NCBI GenBank assembly: GCA_964016885.1
Contig: OZ024757.1
Coordinates: 18,352,001 to 18,416,000, forward strand
Source: Eledone cirrhosa
Taxonomy: Eukaryota
Length of the DNA stretch: 64,000 bases
Direction of reading: 5' to 3'
How positions within the stretch are numbered: the first letter of the stretch is position 1; each line of letters starts with the position of its first letter. The notes under the pieces are model-generated. The model was not told the DNA's origin, did not search any database, and saw only the letters and a list, made by a program, of their open reading frames with translations. Shown piece by piece: positions 27,126 to 41,269 of this stretch. The position numbers were made by a program, and so were the translations under genes.

Positions 27126-27412
27126 TAAAAGACTTTAAAAGACTGTTGAAATACTTTAAAGATTATAATCCTACCATTATTCCTTCATTAATACATGAGT
27201 AAGAAAGTGGGAGTGGCTCAATTGATATTACATGTAGGATTACTGGATAGACGTATTCACATACGCATGCGCACATATATACACACACATACTGATATAT
27301 ATATATATATATATACATATCACTGATATGTATATATATATATATATATATATCAGTGTGTGTGTGTGTTTAAAAAACCATGGAAATGTCCAGTGAGTTA
27401 AAATTTTAGGAA

Positions 27413-27468
27413 TTACAGTTTTATTCTACGTTCGAGATGAAAATCTCGAACGTAGAATAAAACTGTAA
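27413..27468. repeat. Perfect 26-bp hairpin with GAAA loop
   Basis: ttacagttttattctacgttcgagat-GAAA-atctcgaacgtagaataaaactgtaa. Confidence 0.9.
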
Positions 27469-27577
27469 AGACAGTTGATTTCTATATTCTTTTTTTTGTG
27501 TCTGTCATTATTGACGATGGGGACTCGCATTGTGACGTCACCATCGGCACCTTTCCACTCACTGAGAAGCTTCTACT

Positions 27578-27735
27578 TATGAAAGAACACTGCCATTATT
27601 TGTCTCCTTCCTCCAGACAATGGGGTCTGCAATCAGGTCGTGCCATGTTGAGAGGTTGAAATCAAAGGTGTTCAGACCCTCTTTAATGCAGTCTTTCCAG
27701 CATTTTCCTTAGCGCCCCCTCTTTCTCTTGTCACT
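27578..27735 (-). mobile_element. RTE-clade LINE 3' fragment
   Basis: KRKRGR*GKCWKDCIKEGL..WHDLIADPIVWR, like RTE C-termini. Confidence 0.7.
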
Positions 27736-28489
27736 TGTTAATTCACCAACAGGAGTTTTTAGGGGGTAAATGGCAGTGGTTATTTTTTGAAATTTTTTAT
27801 TGTAGAATGATTTGAAAATGTTTAAAAGTTATTTCGTTAGTTAAAGATCTCCTGCAATTGTAAACTAAGATTGGATTAATGCAGTATCCCGCAATGTATT
27901 AAAAGATGATAAACACTACCAATTTACCTGCTAAAAACGTCCTTTTTAATAATTTCTGCTGTAACCAGTTAACAGTTTTAAACGTATGTTTAACATATTT
28001 GGGGGCAAATACTGATAATCTTTTTTTCCTGTCTAAAAATATACCCAAGCTTATGCTTTTGCATTTATAAACTTATGCTGCTATCCTATTTGAAGGCACA
28101 GTACTTTGAATCCCGTATAATTCTTGATAATTTGTCTTATGATAGTAATCAATTTATTGTTATTTCTTATATTTCCTGAAGAGATACGGTTTTCAGTAGA
28201 GCACCTATAATGGAATTACTTTACTGATATCTTTTTTGTACACAATTAACGGGATATTCTAGCCCGTAGAGATGTATAAATAATAATGATAATAATAATC
28301 CTTGGTCTTATTGAATTTGAATTGTAAATGCTCTGCTACTGTAACTTCCCTTTATTCATGCAGTTTATGTTTATTCCTGAAGAACGAAGGGTAAAAAGGT
28401 GCATCGAGCTTAACTCATCTTACCTATTAAAATAGTGAACTGTTACACTATAACCTCATTTGTGTACATATATATGTAGGTCACTGTTT

Positions 28490-28890
28490 ACACTGTTGGC
28501 TCTCTAATTGATGAAAATGGACCACTCCAAGATAATGACAAAATCATGGGTGAGATACTGCAGAAAGAATTCTGCTCTGTTTTCAGCAATCCTGATATGG
28601 CCGAACTGGGCTGTATCAGTGATGTTAATCCCCAACACACTATATCGGACATAACGTTTGGCACCCCTGATGTCTCAGCGGCAATAAACGAAATTAAACA
28701 CAATTCAGCAGTAGGCCATGATAGGTTCCCTGCTTGTGCCCTGAAGGTGTGTCGACACCAACTTGCATCTCATCTTGCTAATCTGTGGAGGAACTCACTG
28801 GATGCTGGCTATATTCCTGAAAATGTTCTGTCCCAGTCCGTTGTCCCAATTTTCAAAAAGGGAAACAAGTCCCTTGCAATGACTACCGTT
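28490..28890 (+). pseudogene. CR1-like LINE reverse transcriptase N-terminal fragment
   Basis: EILQKEFCSVFS, SAVGHDRFP, LANLWRNSLDAGYIP, VVPIFKKGNK then a frameshifted YR; truncated by a minisatellite. Confidence 0.85.
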
Positions 28891-28896
28891 AGACTC

Positions 28897-29322
28897 CGTT
28901 AGACTCGAGGGGGAGAGGAAGTATGTTTGACTCGAGGGGAGAGGAAGTCTGTTTGTCTCGAGGGGGAGAGGAAGTATCTTTGACTCGAGGGGAGGGGAAG
29001 TCTGTTTGACTCGAGGGGGAGGGGAAGTCTGTTTGACTCGAGGGTAAGGGGAAGTCTGTTTGACTCTAGGGTAAGGGGAAGTCTGTTTGACTCGAGGGGG
29101 AGGGGAAGTCTGTTTGACTCGAGGGGGAGGGGAAGTATGTTTGACTCGAGGGGAGGGGAAGTCTGTTTGACTCGAGGGGAGGGGAAGTATGTTTGACTCG
29201 AGGGGGAGGGGAAGTATGTTTGACTCGAGGGGAGGGGAAGTCTGTTTGACTCGAGGGTAAGGGGCAGTCTGTTTGACTCGAGGGGGAGGGGCAGTCGGTT
29301 AGACTCGAGGGGGAGGGAAGTC
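28897..29322 (+). repeat. G-rich 26-28 bp minisatellite
   Basis: About 16 copies of gtttgactcgagggggaggggaagtct. Confidence 0.95.
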
Positions 29323-29330
29323 AGACTTGA

Positions 29331-29420
29331 TATTATACTCCAGAAGAATTTTGTAGAGTGCTTCGAATCTGTTAAAAATAAATTTGTTGAATAACCAACA
29401 AATTAAATAACTCTTTGCTT
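29331..29420 (+). repeat. Element 3' tail with bulged hairpin
   Basis: 29352-29420 is nearly identical to positions 2-70; both end at TA-rich repeats. Confidence 0.85.
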
Positions 29421-29440
29421 ATATATAAATATATAATTAA

Positions 29441-29630
29441 TTAATTGTTTCTGATTTAGGCACAAGGCCAGCAATTACTCAGTACATTACTGGTACTTTA
29501 TTTTATCGACCCTGTATCGATGAAAGGCAAAGTTAATTTCGACGGGATTTGGACACAGACCGTAAAGGGACGTAACTATGCTAGAAAGCAAGGCGTCCAA
29601 CCCTCTACCGATACTGCCAATTCACCGCCC
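29441..29630 (-). mobile_element. SINE family 1
   Basis: Full-length reverse-complement copy. Confidence 0.88.
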
Positions 29631-29633
29631 ATA

Positions 29634-29723
<90 letters not shown>

Positions 29724-30386
29724 CATACATACTTATTGAACGATTGACATATACATAAATACATAAATATATCAAGCATTAAGAGGAGATAATTTGTAAA
29801 GGGTGCAGTAACACATAATTACATTTGACGCCATATTTAACTTTAACAGAAATCTCTATACCTGACAATAATTGTTTCTAACCTCTTAAGAATATATTTC
29901 ACCAATTAAATGGCCAGCTTCAATAGCCGATGTTTTATGGTTAAGCAGATATGACTTCTTTATTTGTCGTTAAATATGCTCCTAAATAATTTTTATTAGT
30001 GCTTTATATTGTTGGAAGGTTTTGACTGCTATTTCTAGCTATCAATATACCTTTCACGGGGACAATGCTTGGAGGCAGTGGTTTGTTCTTAAAGCCATGT
30101 CCGTTTTCATCCCAGGTTTGTATTAGAGGTGTAAGTTCATGGTTTCATTTTCCTCTCACTGATGTTCGGATTTATTCCTTAGAATCTATCTTAGAGCTTA
30201 CCTTACAGGTGATACGACGCTTGTCTTTTTTCAGGCATGACTTCTTTCTTCTTGTTAGTAATATAGATGACAACAACGGACTGTGATCGCCCTTTCAGTA
30301 AAAAAAAAACAAAAAAAAAATATTTTTTTCATTCTTTGTTTTTCCTCCTTAAAGCCTCCTGAAATGAGTTTACCAACGTTCTATGG

Positions 30387-30530
30387 TATATAACTATTAT
30401 GCAATATACACCTGATAATGTCATTAGGTTTATACGTAACATTGCCACTGAAATGTGCATGGTCCTTGCAGAAATAAACATTTGAAGGAATTCAACTTGA
30501 CCTACCTCCTGTCATTTTACTCTATAATAT
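30387..30530 (+). repeat. Degenerate copy of the hammerhead element at 39087-39232
   Basis: taactattatgcaat..cac-CTGATAA..GAAATGTGCATG..tttgaaggaatt..cctcctgtcattttac. Confidence 0.8.
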
Positions 30531-30704
30531 ATATACATATATATATATTTATCCTTATCGAGCCCTCTTTGTATTGTAGTCTTCAAATTTATTATTACTA
30601 TATATATATATATATAAACACATATAAATATTGATCAAGCCATCTCAGCATCTATCTATCAACCTACCATTCACTATTACCCTCTCTCTCTCTCTCTCTC
30701 TCTC

Positions 30705-31610
30705 TGTGGTGTGATGTGGTGTTATATTGGTTGTGGTGTGGTGGTATGGCGGTTGTAGTGCGATGTGGTGGTGCGGCGGTTGTTATGTTGGTTGTGGTGT
30801 GGTGTTGTGTGGTGGTATGGCGGTTGTAGTGTGATGTGGCTGTGGTGTGGTGTGGTGTTTTGATTGTGGTGGTGTGGTGCTCTGCTGTGATGTGGTATGA
30901 GGTTTTTTTATGTTGTGGTGGTGTGGTGGTGTGGTGGTGGTATGGTGTGGTGTGGTGGTGGTTGTGGTGTGGTGGTATGGTGGTTGTGGTGTGGTGGTAT
31001 GGTGGGTGTGGTGGTGGTATGGTGGTTGTGGTGTGGTGTGGTGTGGTGTGGTGGTATTTTGGTTGTGGTGTGGTATGGTGGTTGTGCTGGTATGGTGGTT
31101 GTGGTGGTATGGTGGTTGTGGTGGTATTTGTGGTGTGGTATGGTGGTTGTGGTGTGTTGTGGTTGTGGTGGTATTGGTGGTTGTGGTGTGGTATGGTGGT
31201 TGTGGTGTGTTGTGGTGGTATGGTGGTTGTGGTGTGGTGTGGTGGTTGGGGTGTGGTGTGGTGTGGTGGTTGTGGTGTGTTGTAGTGGTATGGTGGTTGT
31301 GGTGTGGTGTGGTGGTGTGGTGTGGTGGTTGTGGTGTGTTGTAGTGGTATGGTGGTTGTGGTGTGTTGTGGTGGTGTGGTGTTGTGGTGATGTTGGTGGT
31401 TGTGGTGATATGGTGGTGTGGTGTTGTCGTGGTATGGTGGTTGTGGTGTGGTGTGTTGTGGTGGTATAGTGGTGTGGTGATATGGTGGTGTGGTGTTGTG
31501 GTATGGTGGTTGTGGTGTGGTGGTATGGTGGGTGTGGTGTGTTGTGGTGGTATTGTGGTGATATGGTGGTGTGGTGTGTTGTGGTGGTATGGTGGTTGTG
31601 GTTTGGTGTG
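30705..31610. repeat. GTG/TGG-rich low-complexity array
   Basis: Directly visible. Confidence 0.92.
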
Positions 31611-31619
31611 TGTGTGTTT

Positions 31620-32092
31620 GAAACCTGTATGTGTATATCTGGGTGTATATGTATGTCTGTATGTTTGTTTGTGTGTGTGTCTCTGTGTGTGTCTGTATGT
31701 GTGTATATGTGTGTGTTTCATTTCTTTTTTGTTTTTCTATCATTAAGATCTATATGATTGTATGTGTGTATATGCGTGTGTGTGTCTGTATGTGTGTATG
31801 TGTATCTGTACGTGTGTATATGCGCGTGTGTGTGTGTGTATGTGTATATGTGTGTGTCTGTATGTGTGTATATGTGTGGGTGTTTCATTTCTTTTTTGCT
31901 TTTCTATCAAGATCTATATGATTGTCTGTATGTGTGTATATGTGTGTATATGCGTGTGTGTGTGTCTGTATGTGTGTATATGTGTATGTGTGTCTGTGTA
32001 TGTGTCTGTATGTGTGTATATGTGTGTGTGTCTATGTGTGTATATGTGTGTGTGGTTCATTTCTTTTTTGTTTTTCTATCATTAAGATCTAT
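31620..32092. repeat. Three ~170-bp TG-rich tandem units
   Basis: ttcatttcttttttg..tttctatca..agatctat recurs at about 31717, 31884 and 32056. Confidence 0.8.
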
Positions 32093-32142
32093 ACCAGCAA
32101 AGATGTGCTATATTTAAACAATAAAGATTGCATACTCGTATG

Positions 32143-32207
<65 letters not shown>

Positions 32208-32305
32208 ATGTATATATATGTATATATATATATATACGTGTGTGTGTATGTGTGTGTGTATATATATATAATATATATATATATATGTGTGTGTGTGTAT
32301 GTATA

Positions 32306-32349
<44 letters not shown>

Positions 32350-32385
32350 TATATATATATATTATATATATATACACACACACAT

Positions 32386-32418
<33 letters not shown>

Positions 32419-32421
32419 CAT

Positions 32422-32458
<37 letters not shown>

Positions 32459-32461
32459 CAT

Positions 32462-32492
<31 letters not shown>

Positions 32493-32531
32493 CACACACA
32501 CATACATATATATATATATACACATACACAC

Positions 32532-32594
<63 letters not shown>

Positions 32595-32623
32595 CACACA
32601 TATATATATTATATATTATATAT

Positions 32624-32744
<121 letters not shown>

Positions 32745-33123
32745 GGTCATCCTTGCAGTAATAATCAAGTGGAGCTTAAGAAAGCCCCCCCCCCCCCTAA
32801 CCGTACTTACAAATGCTCTTTAACCTGTCACACACCTACTATATATATTATTATTATTATTATTAGCATCAGCGAAATATCTTCAACATCTTAATATATT
32901 ATGGAACTATTTCTACAAGAGGCTTGTAGTTGTTGTAGTTGTTGTTGTTGTTGTTGTTGCCGTTGTTATTGTTGTTGTTATTGTTGTAGTTGTATCATCT
33001 GTTATACCGTTTATGACCCTCCCCCTCCCCTTTATTTTTATTATCTCTCCCACCCCCGTCTTCACACAATATAGCCCCCACTCTCTGCTCTTCGCGACCC
33101 CCCATCCCCACACCTTTATTATG

Positions 33124-33408
33124 TCGGACACCATGCTTTGAAGGATAGAGTTACGTCCCTTTATGATCTGAGTTCAAATCCCGCCGAGGTTAACTTTGCC
33201 TTTCATCCTTACGAGGGTCGATAAAATAAAATACCAGTAATACACTGGAATAATTGCTGGCCTTGTGCCAAAATTAGAAACAAATATTATCTTCATTGTT
33301 AAATTAGTCTTGCCATTGTGCACTTTTACTCGACCTTATTGTAAACCCCCCACTGCCCCTGTCTTTGTATTGTCCCTTACATGTCGGCCCTTGTGGCTAA
33401 TAAATGAA

Positions 33409-33453
<45 letters not shown>

Positions 33454-33850
33454 CCGGGTGTGGAGTGGCAGTATCGGTAGAGAGTCGGACGCCATGCTTT
33501 CCAGCATAGAGTTACGTCCTCCCTTTACGGTCTGAGTTCAAATCCCGCCGAGGTTAACTTTGCCTTTCATCCTTTACGGGGGTCGATAAAATAAAGTACC
33601 AGTAATGTACTGGGTAATTTGGTGGCCTTGTGCCTAAAGTAGAAACAATTATTATTATTATTATCTGAGTTCAAATCCCGCCGAGGTTAACTTTGCCTTT
33701 CATCCTTACGGGGTCGATAAAATAAAGTACCAGTAATGCACTGGGTAATTGCTGGCCTTGTGCCTAAAGTAGAAACAAGTAATGTACTGAGTAATTGATG
33801 GCCTTGTGCCAAAAGTAGAAACAATTATTATTATTTTTATTATTATTGTT
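33124..33850 (+). mobile_element. Head-to-tail cluster of four SINE family 1 copies or fragments
   Basis: 33124-33290, 33455-33660, 33664-33778 and 33779-33830, with (TTA)n tails. Confidence 0.88.
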
Positions 33851-34037
33851 ATTATTATTATTATTGCAGCAACAATGGCAGCAACTGGCCCTGAAAAAAG
33901 CCAGAACTATTACCAAGAAGGTAAAAACACATTGTCTTTTCCCTTCTTTAATGTTGCTTTCAATAGTTGTTGTTGTTGTTGTTGGTGGTGGTGGTGTTGT
34001 TTTTATTGTTTGGCAATTGTTGTGAAGTGCTCAGGGG

Positions 34038-34072
<35 letters not shown>

Positions 34073-34182
34073 ATATACTCTTTTACTTGTTCTAGCCATC
34101 ATATATAGATACAAGGAGACTGCCTATGAAATTAGTCACAAACAGATCAGATGTGCTGAGTGGGTACGCACGCCTGTATATG

Positions 34183-34219
<37 letters not shown>

Positions 34220-34643
34220 ATATACATATATATATATATGTATATATATAAATGCATATATACGTACGCACGAATGTAACATCAGCCAGCCTGCGTATGC
34301 GTGTAATATGTGTTATATATATAAATATATATATATACATATATATACATATATATAAGTGTGTGTGATGGAAGGGGGTCTGTGTATGTGTTGGGTGTAC
34401 CCCCCTCCATGTCAATCTCTTTATGTCCTTCTTAAGATACCAATTAGATATCATCGAAGAGGAAAGGCTTCTGTTTCTATGTTGGCAAGTAGGCAGCCAT
34501 CTTGCTTCTTTTTGGCTTTTATCAATCTACATGTTCTCCCCTATTTTAGGGGAAGTATATAATGCAGATGTGTATTCCTATGTATATACATAATGTACAT
34601 AATGTACATATGTATATTATCATTATATATATATATATATATA

Positions 34644-34669
34644 TACCCTCACACATAAATATATGTATT

Positions 34670-34707
<38 letters not shown>

Positions 34708-34893
34708 CACTCACACATAAATATATGTATTCACACACACACACATATATATATAGATATTTATATATATATATATATAATATATATATATATACACTCA
34801 CACATAAATATATGTATTCACACACACACACATATATATATATATATAATATATATATATATATACACTCACACATAAATATATGTATTCACA

Positions 34894-34940
<47 letters not shown>

Positions 34941-34976
34941 TATATATATATACACTCACACATAAATATATGTATT

Positions 34977-35037
<61 letters not shown>

Positions 35038-35137
35038 TATATATACACACTCACACATAAATATATGTATTCACACACATATATATATATATGTGTATAT
35101 ATATATATATATACCCTCACACATAAATATATGTATT

Positions 35138-35168
<31 letters not shown>

Positions 35169-35227
35169 TTATATATAATATATATATATATACACTCACA
35201 CATAAATATATTTATTCACACACACAC

Positions 35228-35230
<3 letters not shown>
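34644..35230. repeat. Compound minisatellite
   Basis: 8 copies of ctcacacataaatatat(g/t)tattcacac separated by variable (CA)/(TA) tracts. Confidence 0.88.
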
Positions 35231-35291
<61 letters not shown>

Positions 35292-35567
35292 ATATATTTA
35301 CATTCTTGGTTGTAGTTTGGTGTAAATGTTTATATATATTTATGAATTTATTACATTTTAGTTTACATATTTATATATATTTTTCTGTTTCTATATACAT
35401 GTTTATGTAGTTTTTTGTCTTTAGTTTTGTTGATTTTCTCCCTCCTTCAACCTCTTTTGTCTTTGATGCCCGTGGACGAAAGGGAATCGGGATAGATGTG
35501 TATGTGTGTGGGGAGAGAGAGAATGATAGTGTTATACTTGCATATATATATAAACATATATATAAAC

Positions 35568-35624
<57 letters not shown>

Positions 35625-35852
35625 CACATACATATATATATATATACATACATATATATATATATACATACATATATATATATATACATACATATATATA
35701 AACATATATAAACATATATATTTATATATATATTTATATATATATATATATATATAAACGTATATATATATATATATATATATATAAATGTATATATATA
35801 TAAATGTATATATATATAAATGTATATATATATAAATGTATATATATATAAA

Positions 35853-35923
<71 letters not shown>

Positions 35924-36329
35924 GCATATATATATATAGATATATATATATTTATATATAAACGCATATATACATACATACATATATATATATAAACGGA
36001 TATATATATATATATACATACATATATATATACATACATAAGTATATATATATAAACACATATATATATACATACATATATGTATACATATATATATATA
36101 CATATATATATACTATATATATATATATATATAACATGTTGGGACACCACATAGATTATGTAGGTAGATGTGAAAGACGTGACTAGAACCTCACGTTCGT
36201 ATTGAAGTGGATGTTTTTTATTGTTGTTGAAAAGAAACACCCCCCTCCTCCCCCTGTACCACCTCCAAACCAACTCAAAAGCCAACACACATGCACACAC
36301 AGGAAAATAAACACACTCACAAACCAACA

Positions 36330-36535
36330 CACACACATGCACAAACAGTCCAACACACACACACATGCACAAACAGTCCAACACACACACACATACACAA
36401 ACAGTTCAACACACACGCACAGGCCAATATACACACACATACACAAACAGTCCAACACACACATACACAAACAGTCCAACACACATACACAAACAGTCCA
36501 ACACACACACACACACATACACAAACAGTCTAATA
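36330..36535. repeat. cacaaacagtccaacacac minisatellite
   Basis: About 7 copies. Confidence 0.82.
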
Positions 36536-36831
36536 TACACGTGCACACACAGACCTACACGCGCACACAAACATACAAACCACGAACAAGCAAACAGACA
36601 GACCAACACACACACACACAAACAGACCAACACACTCATAAAGACACAAAAAAAGCTAACAACAGGCCAACATACGCACACACATGAAGAAAGAGACAAA
36701 CACACAAACAGACGAACATACACATAAAGGCACAAAAAAGCTAAAAACAGGCCTACATTCACACAAATAGACCAACACACTCTCACACACACACTAACAA
36801 AGAGACCAACGCACACACACACTCTCACACT

Positions 36832-36873
<42 letters not shown>

Positions 36874-37449
36874 CAAAGAAATCAACACACACGCACAAAT
36901 ATGAAAACAAACAAAATATATTGAGAAATCAAGAGACAACCTCACAAGAACGTATATCTAGACAAAATGGCCGAACAGCCCAAATTAACCACCATTTTAT
37001 GTATTCTATTTGTTGTATATATTTAGAGTTTTCTCTTGTTATTTTCTTTTGTTTCTACTTCTCTTTAGATGACATCTCTCCTTCACAATATCTCATTTAT
37101 ATTCCGGCTGTACGTCAGAAAAAATTAATACAATAAACAAACACATACACACACACACACACATACATACATACACACATACATGTGTATATATATATAT
37201 ATATATATATACGTATATATATACGTGTATATATATATATATATATACGTATATATATATATATATATATATGCGTATATATATGCGTATATATATATAT
37301 ATATATATATGCGTATATATATATATATATATATGCGTATATATATATATATACGTATATATATGCGTATATATATATGTGTGTGTGTGTATATATATAC
37401 GTGTGCGTGTGTATATATGTGTGCGTGTGTATATATATATGTGTATGTG

Positions 37450-37510
<61 letters not shown>

Positions 37511-38309
37511 GCATATATATATTTTTTTTTAAACCGATTGTGTTGTTATTTCTGTTTACCTTTTACACGTATATATATATATTTATATATACAGCTGACG
37601 TCTTTTTTTTTTCATTGTGTGTTCTTTTTATCGTACGGCACCTAACTATAGTTAAAAGAAGACATTTGGCGGGAATTACCGACCTCATTGCCTGGAATAT
37701 GGCCTGGAATGAAACCTAAAAGAAAACACCAATGTTCGATCTTCGATGACGTGATAGTAGTAAACATAAAAAACTGACAAAAAACCGCCAAATATCTGAG
37801 AAAAAAAACTGACAAAAAACGACAAATATTTGGGAAATAACCGACAAATATCTGACAAAAAACCAACAAACATTTGACAAAAAAATACTGAAAAAAAAAC
37901 GACAAATAAAAACTGCCAAAAAATGATAAAAAATAAATAATAGCCTTAAGTATTTATTTGCTTGAAAATGGCGAATATAGTGTAAGACATAAATCTATGT
38001 TCCCCCATAGAGAAATTCTTCACTATATAATTAAATATATATATGCATGCACCAAAAATACATGTAGCTTTCTCGTTGAAAATGATAAACACGTTACACT
38101 AAATTCATCCTTATATCTACATAGAAATGGTAATATTATTACATAGAAATGGTAAAATTATTTCAAAGAAATGGTAAAATTATTCCAGCAAACCGATCAA
38201 TGTGTCTATAGTGAAAAACAAATGATCTTTGTTTGACATTTTACCTTGAAGTAAACAACAAAACCAACAAACAGTCTAAAATATCTACACACGTTTCTGT
38301 TACTGCCTT

Positions 38310-38622
38310 GGTCCTACGTCTCTTGCAACGACCACTGTTCAGGTTGTTTCTATCCACAGAACAGTCTGTTCGTGAAATTTACGTGCAAATGGCTGAGTGT
38401 TCTACAGACACGAGTAGCTTTAGCGTAGTTTTCAGGAACATTCTGAGTAATACGGTATGTGACAAGGCCAGTCATTTGAAGTACAGCTACAATGCATTTT
38501 TATTAGCTTGATGTAGCAACTTGAAATAAAGTATCTTGCTCAAGGACACAGTGAACTGGAGCAAGGTGAAATAAAGTGTCTTGTTCGAGGACACGGTGGA
38601 CTAGAGCAACAAGTGTCTTGCT
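38310..38622 (-). mobile_element. SINE family 2 with triplicated ~44-bp core segment
   Basis: Body homologous to 4810-4955; AGCAA..AAGTGTCTTG..GGACAC occurs three times in 38515-38622. Confidence 0.75.
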
Positions 38623-38804
38623 AAAAAACCATAAAACCATCGAATAGACTAATACACATCATCATCATCACCACTCCTCGACTACTGTCGAGATGATAGA
38701 TCTCACTCTCATGCCCCAGAATCTCCTGTCCCCCATCGCTGCCCCCAGGTCCTGTCTGCTGATTCCCGTATCCCTAGAGATAACGTCAGGGAATGACAGC
38801 ACAC

Positions 38805-38845
<41 letters not shown>

Positions 38846-38899
38846 AGTAAAATGACAGAAGGCCGGACTGGTGAAATTCCTTCAAATATTTATTATAGC

Positions 38900-38962
38900 A
38901 AACACTATGTACATTTCAGTGGCCAGGTTCCTGTAAGATCCTGGTGACATCGTCAGGTGTTT
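38900..38962 (-). ncRNA. Type I hammerhead ribozyme
   Basis: aaacac-CTGACGA-stem II-GAAA-TGTACA-TA-gtgttt. Confidence 0.82.
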
Positions 38963-39111
38963 ATTGCATAATAGTTATATAATAAAACAGGAAAATGTTT
39001 TTGACTCGAACGCGATCAAGGGGGCCAGTTGTTGTCAGTTCGGCTGACCACCTTTTTTTAGCCTCTTTTATTGTTTACCATTATTCTTTTATTATATAAC
39101 TATTATGCAAT

Positions 39112-39173
39112 AAACACCTGATGATGTCACCAGGATCTTACGGAACCTAGCTACTGAAATGTACATAGTGTTT
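39112..39173 (+). ncRNA. Type I hammerhead ribozyme
   Basis: aaacac-CTGATGA-stem II-GAAA-TGTACA-TA-gtgttt. Confidence 0.8.
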
Positions 39174-39377
39174 GGTATTATAAATATTTGAAGGAATTTC
39201 ACCAGTCTGGCCTCCTGTCATTTTATTCAATAATAATTAACTCTGCTCTCTAACCACCAACAAGATTCAACATCAAAGATGTTTGAGTTGCATAACGTCG
39301 AGTGCTTTTCCTAATATTACATCATGATTTACTATACGGAATAACCAGTTCTATCCAGCGTTGAACCACCAAACTTT

Positions 39378-39441
<64 letters not shown>

Positions 39442-39571
39442 ACTGGAAGATAATATCCGTAGTGGTAGAGCACTGTCCATGGGATGAGTTAGGTACGAGG
39501 TTAGGATCCGTTAAGGATTGTGGACGTCTGACTCTTCCAGTCCTCACATCTGCAATTGAATACACAGGCAT

Positions 39572-39663
<92 letters not shown>

Positions 39664-39840
39664 GAGCAGGCAAGCCTACACACCCATCCATGCAAAAAAT
39701 AGGACCGATGTATATATATACCCGACATTTCACCAATCACCACAAACACTTCGGGTCCATAAATTCTATGGCTGACCTTGAGCTAATCACTTGCGAAACG
39801 CGCGTAACAGATCGATACATAATTTAAAAAAACATAAATA

Positions 39841-41126
39841 CGAGGGTGGGCTGAAAAATTCATAGGCTGGCTGTGAAGGAGTGATGCTACAGCTATGAAA
39901 TCTTGCATGCATTAATTTCAACTCTTGTTAATAACTGCATTGTTTCTTGGCAAACTAATATCTGCTCAAAGAAGATTTCAAATGTATCTCGTAACGACTT
40001 CTCTTGAAAATGGATGAAATTTGGCAACATGGTGTTATCAAATACCTGTAGAAAAGGGGTGTAGCCCTTAAGAACATTTATGCTGACATGGTTGTTACAT
40101 TAAGGGGTGACGCTTCAACTTTATCAACAGTGCAAAAGTGGGCAGTTGAATTTGGGAGGGAAGGGAGAGTCTTGAAGTTGCCCCAAGTTCTGGACTTCCT
40201 GTAACTGCCAAGGGAAAACATTGATCGTGTTCACCACATTGTGATACATGACCGGTGACTGACTATGAATCAGATAGCCAATACTATTAGCTTATCCCTT
40301 GAAAAAGTTGAGAACATTCTGCATATTGAACTTGGCATGACGATGGTTTGTTCTGACTCCTGATCAAAAGTACACTAGGATGATTACATCATAGGAAAAT
40401 CTGTCATTGTTTCAGTCAGAACCAACTGGTTTCCTTGAATAAGTTTTGTGTTCATCACTTTGAGTCAGACACAAAGCCACACTCCATCCGGTAGAAACAC
40501 CTCTCCCCACCGGCTCCAAATATGGCCAAAGCCGTTTCATCTAAGGGCGAGCTGCTGGCCTCAGATTTTTTTTTTGGGGGGGGGGGGGATGCAAAAAACG
40601 TTGTTTTATTGACAATCGTTAAAAGGGTCACACCATCCATGGAGAGTACTATGCCAACTTACTGAGGCAGTTATGAAAGGATATCAAGGCCAATCGCCCA
40701 GAACAAACTGAAGGAAGGGGTCTTGTTTCATCTGGACAATGCTCCAGCACACTATTATTTCGTTTCAATGCCTGCTGTGTCTGACTGTGGCTTTGAACTG
40801 GTCGATCACCCTCCTTGTACTCCTGATTTGGCCCCTTTCTCACTATCATCTGTTCTCCAATATGAAAAAAAACTTGGCTGGGAACCTGTATTGGAGTGAC
40901 GATGACGCCATATCTGTTGTCGATGACGCCATGTCTGTTGTTGATGACGTCATAGCTGCTGTTGATTACTTTCTTGACCAACAGGTCAATGGGATCCAAA
41001 CACGGCAACACTTATGGATGGGGTGTGTGGGTCGCAGGGAGGACTATGATAAAAAAAATAAACCTCATTCGGTTACATTCCATGAGAGTAGCTTGGTCAG
41101 CATATGTACTTTTCAGCCGCCCCTAA
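39841..41126 (+). mobile_element. Decayed full-length mariner element
   Basis: TA-CGAGGGTGGGCTGAAAA left end and degenerate TTTTCAGCCGCCCCT right end; MDEIWQHGVIKYL at 40010, HLDNAPAH, ELVDHPPCTPDLAP, YHLFSNMKKNLAG; many lesions. Confidence 0.9.
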
Positions 41127-41224
41127 CATTTAAACGAAACTTCAACCTTTTTCTTATTATATACACTCTGCTTTTGATTGAGTGCCCATATTGGCCCACC
41201 ACCAGTAATTCACTGATTCACATA

Positions 41225-41266
<42 letters not shown>

Positions 41267-41269
41267 GAA

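Larger units (their letters stand above)
38841..39232. repeat. Fold-back inverted repeat with two back-to-back hammerheads
   Basis: Arms 38841-38987 and 39087-39232 with a ~100-bp spacer; tail runs to 39376; (TA)n on both sides. Confidence 0.93.

Noticed and set aside
28170-28400. Two CTGAAGA motifs
   Set aside because: No correctly placed GAAA and stem III found
28897-29322. CRISPR-like 27-bp repeats
   Set aside because: No spacers; simple tandem minisatellite
39661-39810. Possible hammerhead ending GAAA-CGCGCG-TA
   Set aside because: Only the 3' half is convincing; the upstream CTGAGCA is non-canonical and stem I is absent
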